Counted from the first letter of the stretch, positions 18,601-28,746 are shown. The stretch: DNA of 62,285 nucleotides from a virus (IMGVR_UViG_3300022700_000085:1-62285); one strand, 5' to 3'. Translations and numbers: made by a program. The notes: a model not told the origin generated them from the sequence alone.

Positions 18601-19148
18601 GTGAACGTAGATTGAACGGGATGAAAGAGACAATGGATGGAATACAAGAAAAAACAAATGGCTTTAATAAAAATTTAGGTGCTTCAAAAGGTGCAGCAGA
18701 CGGGGTAAAAACCAGTGTAGCTAGTATACAAGGAGCTATAAATCAAAATATAACCAAAGCAAAACAACTCACTACTGCCTTTAAACAAGCTGCGACGGCA
18801 GCGGCACAAGCTTCTACGGCTGGCTCTACACCAGCTATGGCTCATTTTGGTGGTTCAACAAAGTATTTTGCCGCTGGTGGGCCAGCAAGAGGTCAAGATA
18901 AAATACCTGCTATGCTAGGTCAAGGTGAGACAGTTATAAGTGCGAAAAATTCAAAGCGTTTCTTCTCTGAATTAAATGCTATGAATCAAGGGGCCCAACC
19001 TGTGTATCGTGAACAGGGTGGTTCTGTCACCAATGTTGGTGATGTTAATGTCACGGTGAATGGTGGAGAAACCTCGCAGCAAACGGTGCGCGAGATTGGA
19101 CATGCGTTGCGTCGTGAGATTCAACGTGGAAACATAAAACTTCGTTAA
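15696..19148 (+). CDS. Tape measure protein
   Basis: 1150 aa helical protein with TP901-type core (AEGLYQTLS, SDTLFKTIELG, EETAASIATMTRQG) and GG...G.D.IPAML..GE C-terminus. Confidence 0.92.
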   Translation: MAQITQKLGFKATGALRSLGALSTKLDRANESLRNFKGTADKAGGTQGLGGVQKGLDKTTKKTNNMTISWQTMARIIETQIIVRSITQLSQALQDATGRARELGLAVEEVQTISGRTKGSKELTQDILNLSDVLSSTPQDLAEGLYQTLSNQVVKAGEALEFTADASRLATVTASETGDAVNALSSVMNSYGKNASQVSHISDTLFKTIELGRVRLNEMADIIGRVTPLTAQLGITWEETAASIATMTRQGVRADTAITQLRAVVNKLIKPSENMKDLYREWGVKTGKQAIETFGGLKGVLEKVMETTGGSTTEIAKLFRRVRATTGVISIMADEGDLLSESLKGIEEASGASANAFEQFSRSDAHQMTLAMQEMENSLTRAGLKLMPTYTKLLEFASNEIDNFADGWLKVTGQMTDARRLSITYRNEVEKTQKILDKRNENFAEEQRNRFKGLTETARKYYNVINKRELALAKIRDDSIDRASSEYKSSLDNIVGVYEDAVKRIGKAVENANDRIKSNTQEVANIQQKIDEKRLEGKLSRTKNVYSKLRILDEEYSRARAKAREATSEIDYTKESKERAKAAREVALNLAEQREQLAGQTGHLGFIKKYRKDTISELKGMQNIEKTANKRIKDRLPDLKEQLKIRKKELGTLKNLVKQLKDLTQEGLIDSDIAISRVNEVGEKINDILGSAENSDLFMDSLKLKEQTGAIKEGLQIAFDSAKIDWKAEVKRARAAFEGEVIKIKTKFDPEGKTPKRAAALGLEKREDQTISEFNVQLLEEAKKQLNKQAILEKEIGDIRVNNKKELNTALRSQQAVKTAIRDQVVDIRHAAEANALLARQAGRTLNVEKEFNRLLKQRTPTLASVKTGFENIYQNIRKGKEVSTEEINVLGSKIVKAAEHKKLTADHQRLLFEIVNKLREWSTISQKIADKQKQIPEKEKLEVSKQIIKEARRLKEAYENNIGLIEAGERRLNGMKETMDGIQEKTNGFNKNLGASKGAADGVKTSVASIQGAINQNITKAKQLTTAFKQAATAAAQASTAGSTPAMAHFGGSTKYFAAGGPARGQDKIPAMLGQGETVISAKNSKRFFSELNAMNQGAQPVYREQGGSVTNVGDVNVTVNGGETSQQTVREIGHALRREIQRGNIKLR

Positions 19149-19161
19149 TTTGGAGATTCAA

Positions 19162-19656
19162 ATGGATCAGAAAACTAAACTTAGTGGTCATTTCGTAATT
19201 GAGCACCGGGATCGCGAAGGGGATCTCAAAGGTGTTTATGATGTACCTAATGGTATTGTTGATGAGGGGCTAAACCATATTCTTGATACAGAATTTCATG
19301 GTAGCTCCCAAATTGGTACTTGGTACATTGGTTTAGTAGACAATAGTGGTTTTACTGCTTTTTCTAGTGATGACACATTGTCAGATCATAGTGGTTGGAG
19401 TGAATTCACTAGTTACACTGAATCCAACCGTGTAGAGTGGCAAGAAGATGCTGCTGCCAGCCGTTCAATTAGTAATTCTACTACGGCTGATTTTAGTGTT
19501 AATGCTTCTGGTAATCTGAAAGGTATTTTTGTTACCAGTAATAATGTCAAGAGCACTGGAAACACCGGTACGTTATGGTCTACCGCTGCATTCTCATCTG
19601 TTGTTGCCACAGCTAACGGTGACACATTGAAAGTGACTTATACTGTCAGCGGTTAA
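19162..19656 (+). CDS. Tail-associated structural protein
   Basis: GGAG RBS before ATG 19162; N.IVDEGLN..L, WYIGL, GTLWS...F and GDTLKVTYT motifs common in tail proteins. Confidence 0.6.
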   Translation: MDQKTKLSGHFVIEHRDREGDLKGVYDVPNGIVDEGLNHILDTEFHGSSQIGTWYIGLVDNSGFTAFSSDDTLSDHSGWSEFTSYTESNRVEWQEDAAASRSISNSTTADFSVNASGNLKGIFVTSNNVKSTGNTGTLWSTAAFSSVVATANGDTLKVTYTVSG

Positions 19657-19669
19657 TATGCAATATTTA

Positions 19670-19691
19670 TGGGGTGGGGAAACCCACCCCA
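19670..19691 (+). terminator. GC-rich GNRA hairpin between tail genes
   Basis: TGGGGTGGG-GAAA-CCCACCCCA; no clear U-tract. Confidence 0.5.
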
Positions 19692-19707
19692 GATATTGGA
19701 GGTCGAA

Positions 19708-20742
19708 ATGTCTCTTTTATGGATTGATGGATTTGAAAAATACGGCCCTACTGGGGCTTCTGCATCACCGTCCTATGTTTTTCATCAAAAATATAATTCC
19801 AACGCCGATGAGCAACATTTTGATATTTTAAGTGGTTCAACAGGAAAGGGGCTTAAACTAGGAAGTTCGTTCACTACTCCTTATTTGACTACTGACCCAA
19901 CAATAATTATTGGGTTTGCTTTTAAAACTCCAGGTGTGGATTCTGATGGGTGGGACGTTATTTTCGGTCTTAAAGATGCTTATTTGGATAGTGGCTCTAA
20001 TAATTTTGCTAATGCTAGTATAATTATCAATTCAAATGGTTTGACAACAAATGAAATATCATTTTTAGTGGAAACTGATGTAAAAGCCACAAGCAACAAT
20101 GTGGATATTCAATTAGATACTTGGTATTACCTTGAAGCAAAAATATATAAGCACAGTACTAATGGAACAGCAAATATAAAAATAGATGGTGAAGAAGTTG
20201 TGTCTTTTTCTGGTGACACTTATAGTGGTTCCTTTGATCATTATGGTATGGTGTATTTCACTAGTGAGAACGACAGAACATTTGATGACCTTTATATTTG
20301 TGACGGTTCTGGATCAAAGAATAATGATTTTCTTGGGACTTGTAATGTTAAATGTTTGAGCCCTTCTTCTGATGCATCTGGAAATTGGACTCCAAGCACA
20401 GGTAATGATTTATATGCTGTAATTAATGAAGATGAATTAAATAGTGATTATATTAGTAGTAATACATCAAATGAGCAAACACTTGTTGAATTAGATAATT
20501 TTACAGAATCAAACATAAAAGGTATTGGAATAACAATAGATTCAAAAGTAACAGGAAATATAAATAAATATACAAATTTAATTACTCAGAATGGCACAGG
20601 CAATATTCAAGAACATTCTGCTGTTTCACCAGGATTAGATATGTTGATGTCTTCTATTAGAATTATGGAAGAAAATTCAGATGGAGATGATTGGGATTCA
20701 AGTACTATCAATAGTTTACGCATTGGTGTAGAGGTAGCATAA
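19708..20742 (+). CDS. Tail protein with concanavalin/LamG-like beta-sandwich, paralog 1
   Basis: GGAGG RBS; LLWIDGFE start, WYYLE, DDLYICDG.G.KNNDFLG. Confidence 0.6.
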   Translation: MSLLWIDGFEKYGPTGASASPSYVFHQKYNSNADEQHFDILSGSTGKGLKLGSSFTTPYLTTDPTIIIGFAFKTPGVDSDGWDVIFGLKDAYLDSGSNNFANASIIINSNGLTTNEISFLVETDVKATSNNVDIQLDTWYYLEAKIYKHSTNGTANIKIDGEEVVSFSGDTYSGSFDHYGMVYFTSENDRTFDDLYICDGSGSKNNDFLGTCNVKCLSPSSDASGNWTPSTGNDLYAVINEDELNSDYISSNTSNEQTLVELDNFTESNIKGIGITIDSKVTGNINKYTNLITQNGTGNIQEHSAVSPGLDMLMSSIRIMEENSDGDDWDSSTINSLRIGVEVA

Positions 20743-21827
20743 TGGCTTTAATATGGTGTGATGGTTTTGAATCTTATGGGATTGGAGACGAGAGTGATAT
20801 ATCTCCTGACGGTATTCTTGATGCAAAATATGATACTATTGAAGGTGGACATGAAGTAGAGTCGCCAGGGTTAAGTGGTCATGGTCATTCATTAGAATGC
20901 AGCCCGTATGGTATTAAATTTAAAACACCTGTGTTGACATCTAATAATACTTTGATTGTTGGTATCAAAATTTTAAATGGTACGTCTATACACCAAACTC
21001 CACGATATATTGCGTCTTGTCCTTTAATGGTGTTTTTAGACGGAGGCACAACAAATATAAAATTATTGTTGTCTGGTGGAAACACTTTATTAGTAATAGA
21101 TGGTGATGAAAACGTTGTAGGGTTTTCAAAAGATATTGTTTCACGTAAAGCACCTGGGTCTTTTGATCCTGTGTTATTTCAATATATTGAAATGAAAGTT
21201 GTTTGCCATGACACAAATGGATCTGTAGAAGTAAGATTAAACGGCGCTCCTTTAATAAATGTCACAAATATTCAAACAAAATTTGGAAGTAATAATTATT
21301 GTGATAGCTTTATGATTGGTGATGGATCATCAAACCCAATGGATCACATACATATGGATGACCTGTATATTTGTGATGGTACAGGAAACAAAAACAATGA
21401 TTTTCTTGGTCCAATAGCAATTCAAACACTTTATCCAGATGGGGATGATACAACTGAATTTGAAACCACTGGCAACGGCAGTTATGGAACACATTACGAA
21501 CAAGTAAATTATGGTGAGGCTCTTTGGGATACTGATTATATAGAAGATGGAACAACTGGAAACAAAGATATTTTCACGTTTAATAATGCTACTTATATTG
21601 ATGAAGTATATGGTATAATTGGTTGGACTGTTGCAGAAAACACAGGAAACAGTGATACATATAAAATGGTTTGTGAATCAGGTAACACTACAGAAAAATC
21701 TGCTAACATCACTCTTAATTCAGGTAATGTGACAAGTAAATTTATATTAGAAAATGACCCAAACACATCAAATTCATGGACTCTTAGCAGTTTAAACGCC
21801 ATTAAATTTGGTTTGGAGATTCAATAA
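20742..21827 (+). CDS. Tail protein with concanavalin/LamG-like beta-sandwich, paralog 2
   Basis: LIWCDGFE start, FQYIE, DDLYICDGTGNKNNDFLG. Confidence 0.6.
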   Translation: MALIWCDGFESYGIGDESDISPDGILDAKYDTIEGGHEVESPGLSGHGHSLECSPYGIKFKTPVLTSNNTLIVGIKILNGTSIHQTPRYIASCPLMVFLDGGTTNIKLLLSGGNTLLVIDGDENVVGFSKDIVSRKAPGSFDPVLFQYIEMKVVCHDTNGSVEVRLNGAPLINVTNIQTKFGSNNYCDSFMIGDGSSNPMDHIHMDDLYICDGTGNKNNDFLGPIAIQTLYPDGDDTTEFETTGNGSYGTHYEQVNYGEALWDTDYIEDGTTGNKDIFTFNNATYIDEVYGIIGWTVAENTGNSDTYKMVCESGNTTEKSANITLNSGNVTSKFILENDPNTSNSWTLSSLNAIKFGLEIQ

Positions 21828-23233
21828 TGGCTGTTCGTTCTTCTCAACAATATATACAAGCCGTTGGACCAGACCAATCAGATGGTGAATTACGTGTACA
21901 TCGGATGTATGTCGATGTTTTGTATACGGTGCCAATAGGGACAGAAAAAGATGCAGAGAATAGTTTAAATTTAACTCAAAATGCTCGTAGTTTTATTGAA
22001 ACAAAAAGTGCTTCAAATAATATTAGTTTAACTAGTAATTTATCACATGTACTTATTCTTAATAAGCACAGGGTGCCTGATTCCACATTAAATTTAACTG
22101 ATGATGCGAGAGCGGCGAAAACACTTTATTTTGATTTAAATGATACAATTAATTTTGAATCTTTTGGTGGTAGAACTTTTGAGTTTTCACTGACAAATAA
22201 TGTGTCATTTGATGATACATTATTTGAATTTAACTATGTTGCTGATAGAAACCCCGCTGGTAACACACTCTCTCTTACTCAGACTGTGATTGCTTTAAGT
22301 AATCCTACTGGTGGTAATACACTTAATTTAACCCAGAATGTTTCAGTAATTTATCCAATAAAGCCAAATGTAAGTCAATATATAGGTTTTTATAGTCATA
22401 CAAGCACACCGCACAGAGCTTGGATTGAACACGATGTAAATATCAGGGATCTAGCTAGAGTACCTATAACACATACAATCACACAAAACATTTCTTTTGT
22501 GCAAGAAGCATCTATACTTTATCTTTTGCAAGTATTAGGTATAACTGATTCTGTTTCTTTTGGTTTTGGGTATGAAATAGAAAATGAATTAGATTTAACA
22601 TACAACCTTGAAGTTTTAAGCGATTTTATTAGGAATGTAGGACAAGATTTAGGTGTGGGCCATGCTCTCACTTGGTTTGAAGATTCACCTTGTAATAAAA
22701 AGCAGTACACACCTTTTAAAGGTGAAAACACTGTAAGTAGTGATAATCAATCTGATACATTAAGAGATCCACAAGGTGATACAAATACTTTCTCTCTTTA
22801 TACTCCTTATTTAGGTTTACCAACAAGCAAAGTCACATTAAGAAAACCTGAATTAGATAACAGAGATAGGAATGCATATACTAGAGTTAATCATGAAACT
22901 CGTGGCGGTGAAATTATAGTTTATTCCGATCCTGATTGGCCTAAAATAAGAACACTTGCTATTACTGTTGTTGGTTTGACCAAAGACAAAATAGATGAAT
23001 TACAGACATTTATGTTTAATAATGTTGGTAAAATGATAGGTATAGACGATTGGGAAGGGAGGTTATGGAAGGGTTTTATTACAAACCCTAATGAACCAGC
23101 GATCCAAGACGGCAGAAAAAAATGGACTGTTTCATTTGAATTTGAAGGTGAGATGCTTGAAATAGAAAATCCAAGCGGTCCTGATGGTATGGCAATAAAT
23201 TTAACACATTCAGTATCGGCGGTGGTAGTATGA
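21827..23233 (+). CDS. Tail structural protein with Asn/Thr-rich repeats and Dit-like C-terminal domain
   Basis: Repeated (N)TLNLTQ-like units; C-terminus resembles the next ORF (G..I.I.D.....W.G...N). Confidence 0.5.
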   Translation: MAVRSSQQYIQAVGPDQSDGELRVHRMYVDVLYTVPIGTEKDAENSLNLTQNARSFIETKSASNNISLTSNLSHVLILNKHRVPDSTLNLTDDARAAKTLYFDLNDTINFESFGGRTFEFSLTNNVSFDDTLFEFNYVADRNPAGNTLSLTQTVIALSNPTGGNTLNLTQNVSVIYPIKPNVSQYIGFYSHTSTPHRAWIEHDVNIRDLARVPITHTITQNISFVQEASILYLLQVLGITDSVSFGFGYEIENELDLTYNLEVLSDFIRNVGQDLGVGHALTWFEDSPCNKKQYTPFKGENTVSSDNQSDTLRDPQGDTNTFSLYTPYLGLPTSKVTLRKPELDNRDRNAYTRVNHETRGGEIIVYSDPDWPKIRTLAITVVGLTKDKIDELQTFMFNNVGKMIGIDDWEGRLWKGFITNPNEPAIQDGRKKWTVSFEFEGEMLEIENPSGPDGMAINLTHSVSAVVV

Positions 23234-23613
23234 GTTTCTTCCTTAGAGCCCCTTATCCAGGGATATCCAGCACAACTGTTCTTCCTTCTCCAAGTTGGGG
23301 TGATTCAAAAGCACTCACAGCCACAATAGTAAGTATGAGGTCAATGAACGGGACTTTATATACATATGTAAAATCAAGAAACGGGAGGAAACGTTTTAGG
23401 TGGGATTTCGATATAGCAAGGAATAAAGCTCTTGAACTAAGGGAATTTATAAATTCATATCAAAGTAAAATAATTCAAATCACAGACCATAATAATGATG
23501 TGTGGATTGGATATTTAAAAAATAACCCATTTGAATTTGCTGCTACTGGAAAAGCTGCTGGCTGGCCTGGCAACGAAACAATGTCAATTACATTGGAGTT
23601 TGAAGAGAAATGA
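23230..23613 (+). CDS. Small distal-tail-like protein
   Basis: 127 aa, before the large tail tip gene. Confidence 0.45.
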   Translation: MSFFLRAPYPGISSTTVLPSPSWGDSKALTATIVSMRSMNGTLYTYVKSRNGRKRFRWDFDIARNKALELREFINSYQSKIIQITDHNNDVWIGYLKNNPFEFAATGKAAGWPGNETMSITLEFEEK

Positions 23614-26600
23614 GATCAATAACAAGTAACACACAAGACTTATTAAATCAAAATATGGGCACTGAATTAATGGTGCTAGTAGAGATTGAGTGGGTTGATG
23701 GAGGCAGCATTTATTATTCTGATCAAGATATTGAAGGTGCTAAAACAAAAATTTTAGAGCTTGGTGGATTTGATACGTCAATGATGTTAGAAGGAGCTAA
23801 TACATCACAAGAACTTAAAATTGTTCTAGATGATACTGATAACAATATTCGAGAAATATACGATAATAATGATATCCACAAACGACCAGCAAAGGTGTAC
23901 ATATTACATAAAAATCAACCTCTTTTAGATAAAATACTTGTATTTCGAGGTGAATTAGTAACACCAATTGAATGGGATGAAACACAGCGTTCTGTATCAT
24001 TTAATATAATGTCTAAACTGAATTCTAAACAAGTCGGATTTAGTATGGAAGAAGGGGATTTTCCAAACATCCCGTCTGAAGCACTAGGGAAACCCTGGCC
24101 TTTAGTTTTTGGTCAAGTTTGTAATATGCCTGCTGTAAAAGTCAGAACACCGAGAAGAGGTTATTTGACATCAGGTACAGGTATAAAAGATTGCACACTA
24201 CAAACAAGAATATGTCAGGCATTAAGAATACAATGCCCAACTAAATTTGTAGGTATGAAAGAACATATAATGCGTCGTGCCAACGGGTTTTTTAGTTTAA
24301 AAGAACCTGTTATGATAGCTGATAATGAATGTTTAAATAGAAGAATGGCTGAGATTTGTAGATTACGTGACTTGCTTGTTCAACAAGAAGAATATGAACA
24401 TGAGCAAATAGAAATATATAATGGGGTTAATTTTCCACAAGAAGAAACAGTAACAATTACTATTGATGATGGGGAGTTTGTTGGTAGTTTTACTGGTAAC
24501 ACATTTTATGTTGATTATAGAATACACCCAAAAATAGAAACATGTGCAGACCAAGAATGTCAGCATGTGCCAGAAGCATACTATGGTCCTGAACACCCTA
24601 GAGCAAAATTAGAATGGTTAAGTAAACCAGAACCAGAGAAAACAGCAGAAGAACCAGTAAAGGTACATTGGGAAATAACCTCTGGAAGATATAGCGGTCT
24701 TAGAGTTTGGTTTGAAGCTACTCAAAAACAAAGAGCAGAAGCAGAACTCGGATGGGCGCCCGACAACCTTGGTGAAACCGTTATGCCGGATTTCACACAA
24801 ACAGCAGCGTTTGAAGATTGTGATGATGCTTTTCTTGATGGTGCTGGTAGAACACAATTAAAAGGAGGTCCAAAAGACGCTTGGTGGTTTTATGATAAGT
24901 TAGATTCTACTGAATTCTTTTGGGCTCCTTCTGGTTCAGAAGTTTATTTAGCTAATGAATCAGAAATTTTATATATAGTCAGTTTGATTCCAGGCACAGT
25001 TGACAGTGTTTCAGCTTATCGGGTAGCACCAAATGGATTTAAATATTTAACTGAACTTCCGACAGATTATTACACTGTTTATGAAACTGATTACGGTGGT
25101 TATACAGTTGTTGAAATAGGTTTGAAAAAAGATTTATCATTATACGATGATGGTTGGGACAGTGATATTTATGTATCATTTACTTCTGATGTTGGTCCAA
25201 ACCCTTGTGATAATATTGAATGGTTGGTGAACAAATACACTGATTTAAGTATTGATTCTTCAAGTTTTGCTTCGGTCAAGGCTTCTTTATCAAATTATCC
25301 TTGTGCTTTTCATTTAACATCTCGACCTGATGTATATAAACTTATTCAAGATATTGCATATCAATCTAGATGTTTAATTTATGTTAGAAATGATATACTT
25401 TATATAAAGTATCTATCTGATGAACCTAGTTCTGAAAGAACTATAAGTACTAATGATATTTTATCTGGTTCATTCGTTGAATTTTTGAGTGAGACAGAAA
25501 ATGTTTATACAACTCATAATATACAATGGAAGAAATCAGGGGCGGCAGTAAGAGAAGATCAAGAAAATGAAAGAAAACTTATTTTAAAATATAATGTAGA
25601 TAAATACGGGACTGTTGAAAATTCATGGGATTATTATACACAAACTATATATAGTAATGTATTAAAAACAGGTACATTTTGGTTGATCAGAAAAGCTAAT
25701 TCATGGAAAAAAGTAAAATTTAAATTACCAATAAAACACATTGATTTAGATGTTGGTGATTGTATAACTTTAAATGTACCTCAATTCGGCGATGAAGTAA
25801 AAACTATTATAGAAAGTATGAATCTTGATATAAATAGTTACACTGTTGATTTTGTTTGTTGGACACCAATTCGTTCAGGTGAAAGTGAACCTTTTTATTG
25901 GGCTTGGCCTGCAAATCAATCAGAAAATCAAATTTGGCCTTTGAATGATGATTCACACGGTGGTGGTGGATATAATTTTGATATAACCCCTCCGATTGGA
26001 CATATATTAAGAGGTGGGGGCCATCATGATGATAGATTAATAATTACGTCTGGTGGTCAATACCCAAGTGATTTAGGAGACATTTATCCTACTATCACAT
26101 GTGAAACATCAGAATATTTAGACAATGTTTCTGATATAGAACCAGAAATTAAAGCTAAAGAAATAGCTGAATCTGCTGCTCGATCTAGTATGGAATCAGA
26201 TATGTCTGGAGGCGGAGGAGCTGTTCAAGATAGTGGGGCGCCAGGAAGAGGCACAGAAGACCCTGATAAGTGTGGCTATCCAAATGATCCTTGGTCATGT
26301 GGTTATAAATTATTAAAACATTATCTTAAATGTGCAAAACACACACAACCGGAAGAAGAGGGGGGTGGCGGTCCTTGTGAATGTACTGAAGAGGGGGGTC
26401 CACATTGTTGTTACGGTGATATGTGGACTGAATGCGAAACTTATTCTGATGCTATAAGCGTCAAAATGGCAGCAAGACAAGCATCAATAGAAGCAGAAAA
26501 TAAAAATGATGAGCCGTGGAAGTGTGGAGACACACGTTTAGTAGGCCTTTATGTAGCATCAGCTCAAAGTCCTAAATATGTAACTTGTGAATATATACAT

Positions 26601-26663
26601 AGCAGGAATATTTGGGATGAACCTATTGATGATGCTGCAACTACGGGTGTGTTTCCAAGTTAA
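23610..26663 (+). CDS. Tail tip/hub (host-specificity) protein
   Basis: 1017 aa; GKPWPLVFG, NP.D.I..L and L.VGD.I motifs; Cys-rich C-terminus. Confidence 0.65.
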   Translation: MRSITSNTQDLLNQNMGTELMVLVEIEWVDGGSIYYSDQDIEGAKTKILELGGFDTSMMLEGANTSQELKIVLDDTDNNIREIYDNNDIHKRPAKVYILHKNQPLLDKILVFRGELVTPIEWDETQRSVSFNIMSKLNSKQVGFSMEEGDFPNIPSEALGKPWPLVFGQVCNMPAVKVRTPRRGYLTSGTGIKDCTLQTRICQALRIQCPTKFVGMKEHIMRRANGFFSLKEPVMIADNECLNRRMAEICRLRDLLVQQEEYEHEQIEIYNGVNFPQEETVTITIDDGEFVGSFTGNTFYVDYRIHPKIETCADQECQHVPEAYYGPEHPRAKLEWLSKPEPEKTAEEPVKVHWEITSGRYSGLRVWFEATQKQRAEAELGWAPDNLGETVMPDFTQTAAFEDCDDAFLDGAGRTQLKGGPKDAWWFYDKLDSTEFFWAPSGSEVYLANESEILYIVSLIPGTVDSVSAYRVAPNGFKYLTELPTDYYTVYETDYGGYTVVEIGLKKDLSLYDDGWDSDIYVSFTSDVGPNPCDNIEWLVNKYTDLSIDSSSFASVKASLSNYPCAFHLTSRPDVYKLIQDIAYQSRCLIYVRNDILYIKYLSDEPSSERTISTNDILSGSFVEFLSETENVYTTHNIQWKKSGAAVREDQENERKLILKYNVDKYGTVENSWDYYTQTIYSNVLKTGTFWLIRKANSWKKVKFKLPIKHIDLDVGDCITLNVPQFGDEVKTIIESMNLDINSYTVDFVCWTPIRSGESEPFYWAWPANQSENQIWPLNDDSHGGGGYNFDITPPIGHILRGGGHHDDRLIITSGGQYPSDLGDIYPTITCETSEYLDNVSDIEPEIKAKEIAESAARSSMESDMSGGGGAVQDSGAPGRGTEDPDKCGYPNDPWSCGYKLLKHYLKCAKHTQPEEEGGGGPCECTEEGGPHCCYGDMWTECETYSDAISVKMAARQASIEAENKNDEPWKCGDTRLVGLYVASAQSPKYVTCEYIHSRNIWDEPIDDAATTGVFPS

Positions 26664-26681
26664 AATATTTGAGGTAAAAAA

Positions 26682-27158
26682 ATGAGTGAATGCACTAAAT
26701 GTCAAAAAGTTGTCAAAAAAAACAAAACTATATATAGATGTATAAATAAAAAAAGTTCAAAATATGGTCACAAAGTGACCGAAGAAGATTGCGCCGCTTG
26801 TTCTGTTCCTTCCTATCGTAGTAAAGGATGTTCAAAAAAACCAACAACAAATAAAGAAGTAAAAAAAGAAATTAAAATTGAAAAAGAAGTAGAGAAAGAA
26901 ATTGAAAAAGAATACCCTTCATTATCAACTCAGATGGTGGCTTATAAAGATGCCCTTATTAGATGGCATAAGGCTGGGAAACCAATAAGAAGTGATCCAG
27001 AAGTAAATAATATAGTGGAAAAATGTAAAAAATGTGATTGGTATGATTCAGAAAAGAAAAGGTGTAGAGGGTGTGGATGCAAAGTCACCAATGGTGGGAT
27101 AGCAATACTCAATAAAGCAAAAATGGCGACTGAACATTGTCCTAAAGGACTTTGGTAA
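26682..27158 (+). CDS. Cys-rich protein (DUF6171-like C-terminus)
   Basis: CKKC...CRGCGC...K..MATEHCPKGLW. Confidence 0.55.
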   Translation: MSECTKCQKVVKKNKTIYRCINKKSSKYGHKVTEEDCAACSVPSYRSKGCSKKPTTNKEVKKEIKIEKEVEKEIEKEYPSLSTQMVAYKDALIRWHKAGKPIRSDPEVNNIVEKCKKCDWYDSEKKRCRGCGCKVTNGGIAILNKAKMATEHCPKGLW

Positions 27159-27700
27159 TGGAATCTGCTTTTGCTTGGCTCGGACAGATATTTGAATCGC
27201 TACTTCAATTGTTTCCGCGTAGGGTTATTGTTAGGGCAACTGAAGCCGGAGTCAAATGGAGTTTGTGGCGTGAACCAAAAGAAATGAAACCAGGGATAAG
27301 GTTTTATTGGCCTTTTATTACTGATATAGAAGTGATTGCTGTGGCAAGACAAACACTAAATACCCCTACACAATCTCTTATGACTAAAGATCATAAAACT
27401 GTTGTGGCTGGGGGTGTTGTTATTTACAAAATAAATGATATTGTTCAAGCAATCGGAAAACAAAATTGCAATCCAGATGACACTGTTGGAGATATAGCAA
27501 AAGCAACTATAGTAGATGTGGTGTCGAAATGGACTTGCGATAGTTTATTATGTAATATCAGTGAAGATGTAGAAGAACACCTAACAGAAACATGTAGAAA
27601 ACAATTACGTCAATACGGCGTTTATGTAAGCCGAGCTGCTCTTGATAATTTTTCAATAGTTAAACAATTAAACCATACAGGTATCAACAATGGTTTGTAA
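27158..27700 (+). CDS. SPFH/band 7 domain membrane protein
   Basis: V...E.GV......PG..FYWPFI; Q.LMTKD...V....V.Y.I.D pattern. Confidence 0.75.
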   Translation: MESAFAWLGQIFESLLQLFPRRVIVRATEAGVKWSLWREPKEMKPGIRFYWPFITDIEVIAVARQTLNTPTQSLMTKDHKTVVAGGVVIYKINDIVQAIGKQNCNPDDTVGDIAKATIVDVVSKWTCDSLLCNISEDVEEHLTETCRKQLRQYGVYVSRAALDNFSIVKQLNHTGINNGL

Positions 27701-27803
27701 AAAATGTAGAAAGAGAAAACATAATATGGATTCCAGCCCTAAAAGACCTGAGCGTGGCTCTATTCGTAAACGTAAACGTGATGAAATGCGAAAAAAGAAA
27801 AAA

Positions 27804-28403
27804 CTAGCTATGCAGAAAACGAAGGAAAGAAGCAAAAAGTTTAGCGGTGGCAAGACTATCAGACAAAGCGTTATGAGCGTTGTCTAATGTGATGTCAAAT
27901 TTTTTGCACATCGCTTTTAAATTAATTCTGCTGAAAGGGTATTTTCTTCCATGCCATGTGTACAAATCGTTTATCATGGCCGCCATAATCATTGTGTCTC
28001 GTGGGTGTGGATGCCATACATAATTAACGCCATCTAAACCCAACCAATGAATCAAAAAACCACGTTCAAAACCCCAGTTATGAGCTATTGGGACTAACTT
28101 TTTCCCTGATGATAAGTTAAGCTTGTGGAACCATTCATCAAATAATTCAACACCTCTTGTTTGACTTACACACCCAGAAAGTTCATCCATACTTATACCG
28201 TGTTTGTCTTGTGCTTCACTAGTAAGGCGTTCTGGGTTATCTGGAAACATATTTAGATAAAAGAACTTACCTTGAGGTTCAAAATTTTGATCGAGAGGCA
28301 CGGCAGCTATTTGGATAATTTCATCATACCCGGCCAACAAACCTGTTGTTTCAACATCAACAGCACAGGGTATATGACCATTAAGATTGTGTGGTCCTAG
28401 CAT
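27804..28403 (-). CDS. DEDDh 3'-5' exonuclease (DnaQ-like)
   Basis: VDVETTG, EIIQIA, AHNWGFE, RDT, HNALSD; likely start ATG 28403. Confidence 0.85.
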   Translation of the reverse strand: MLGPHNLNGHIPCAVDVETTGLLAGYDEIIQIAAVPLDQNFEPQGKFFYLNMFPDNPERLTSEAQDKHGISMDELSGCVSQTRGVELFDEWFHKLNLSSGKKLVPIAHNWGFERGFLIHWLGLDGVNYVWHPHPRDTMIMAAMINDLYTWHGRKYPFSRINLKAMCKKFDITLDNAHNALSDSLATAKLFASFLRFLHS

Positions 28404-28746
28404 TATTTTCTCTCCAATGGTTAATTCTTTCGCCAAAAATTTCTTGATCGTACAATTCATTTGGATGGTTTAATTCAATTAATGCAAGGAGATTCCATGT
28501 AGCATGGCCTATATGTGAACACCCTGAATCTTGATCATATTTTTCACCGTCCATAAAACTTCTCAAATGTCGCATCATGGAATCTAAATATTCTTTATCT
28601 GGTTTACCTCCTAACTTCCAGTTACCATCACCGTATTTTTCTGCACCAAGCTCCATTATTCTTGCCACCGCTTCAATAGCATGTGGAAATTGTAAAATGT
28701 ATGACAGTTTTGGTTTTCCTTCATTAAATCTCAAAGCTTGTTTCAT
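28381..28746 (-). CDS. dATP/dGTP diphosphohydrolase-like protein (DUF5664)
   Basis: GKP.LS.., ..VARIM..GAEKYG..NW..G, SMMRHL, D.DSG.SH..HA.WN. Confidence 0.75.
   Translation of the reverse strand: MKQALRFNEGKPKLSYILQFPHAIEAVARIMELGAEKYGDGNWKLGGKPDKEYLDSMMRHLRSFMDGEKYDQDSGCSHIGHATWNLLALIELNHPNELYDQEIFGERINHWRENNARTTQS

Noticed and set aside
27690-27887. Basic 65-aa ORF on the + strand
   Set aside because: Overlaps the convergent exonuclease 3' end by 84 nt; possible but not supportable
28381-28746. 2-aminoadenine (Z) genome pathway
   Set aside because: A DUF5664-like gene and PolA alone are insufficient; no PurZ-like gene seen in the window
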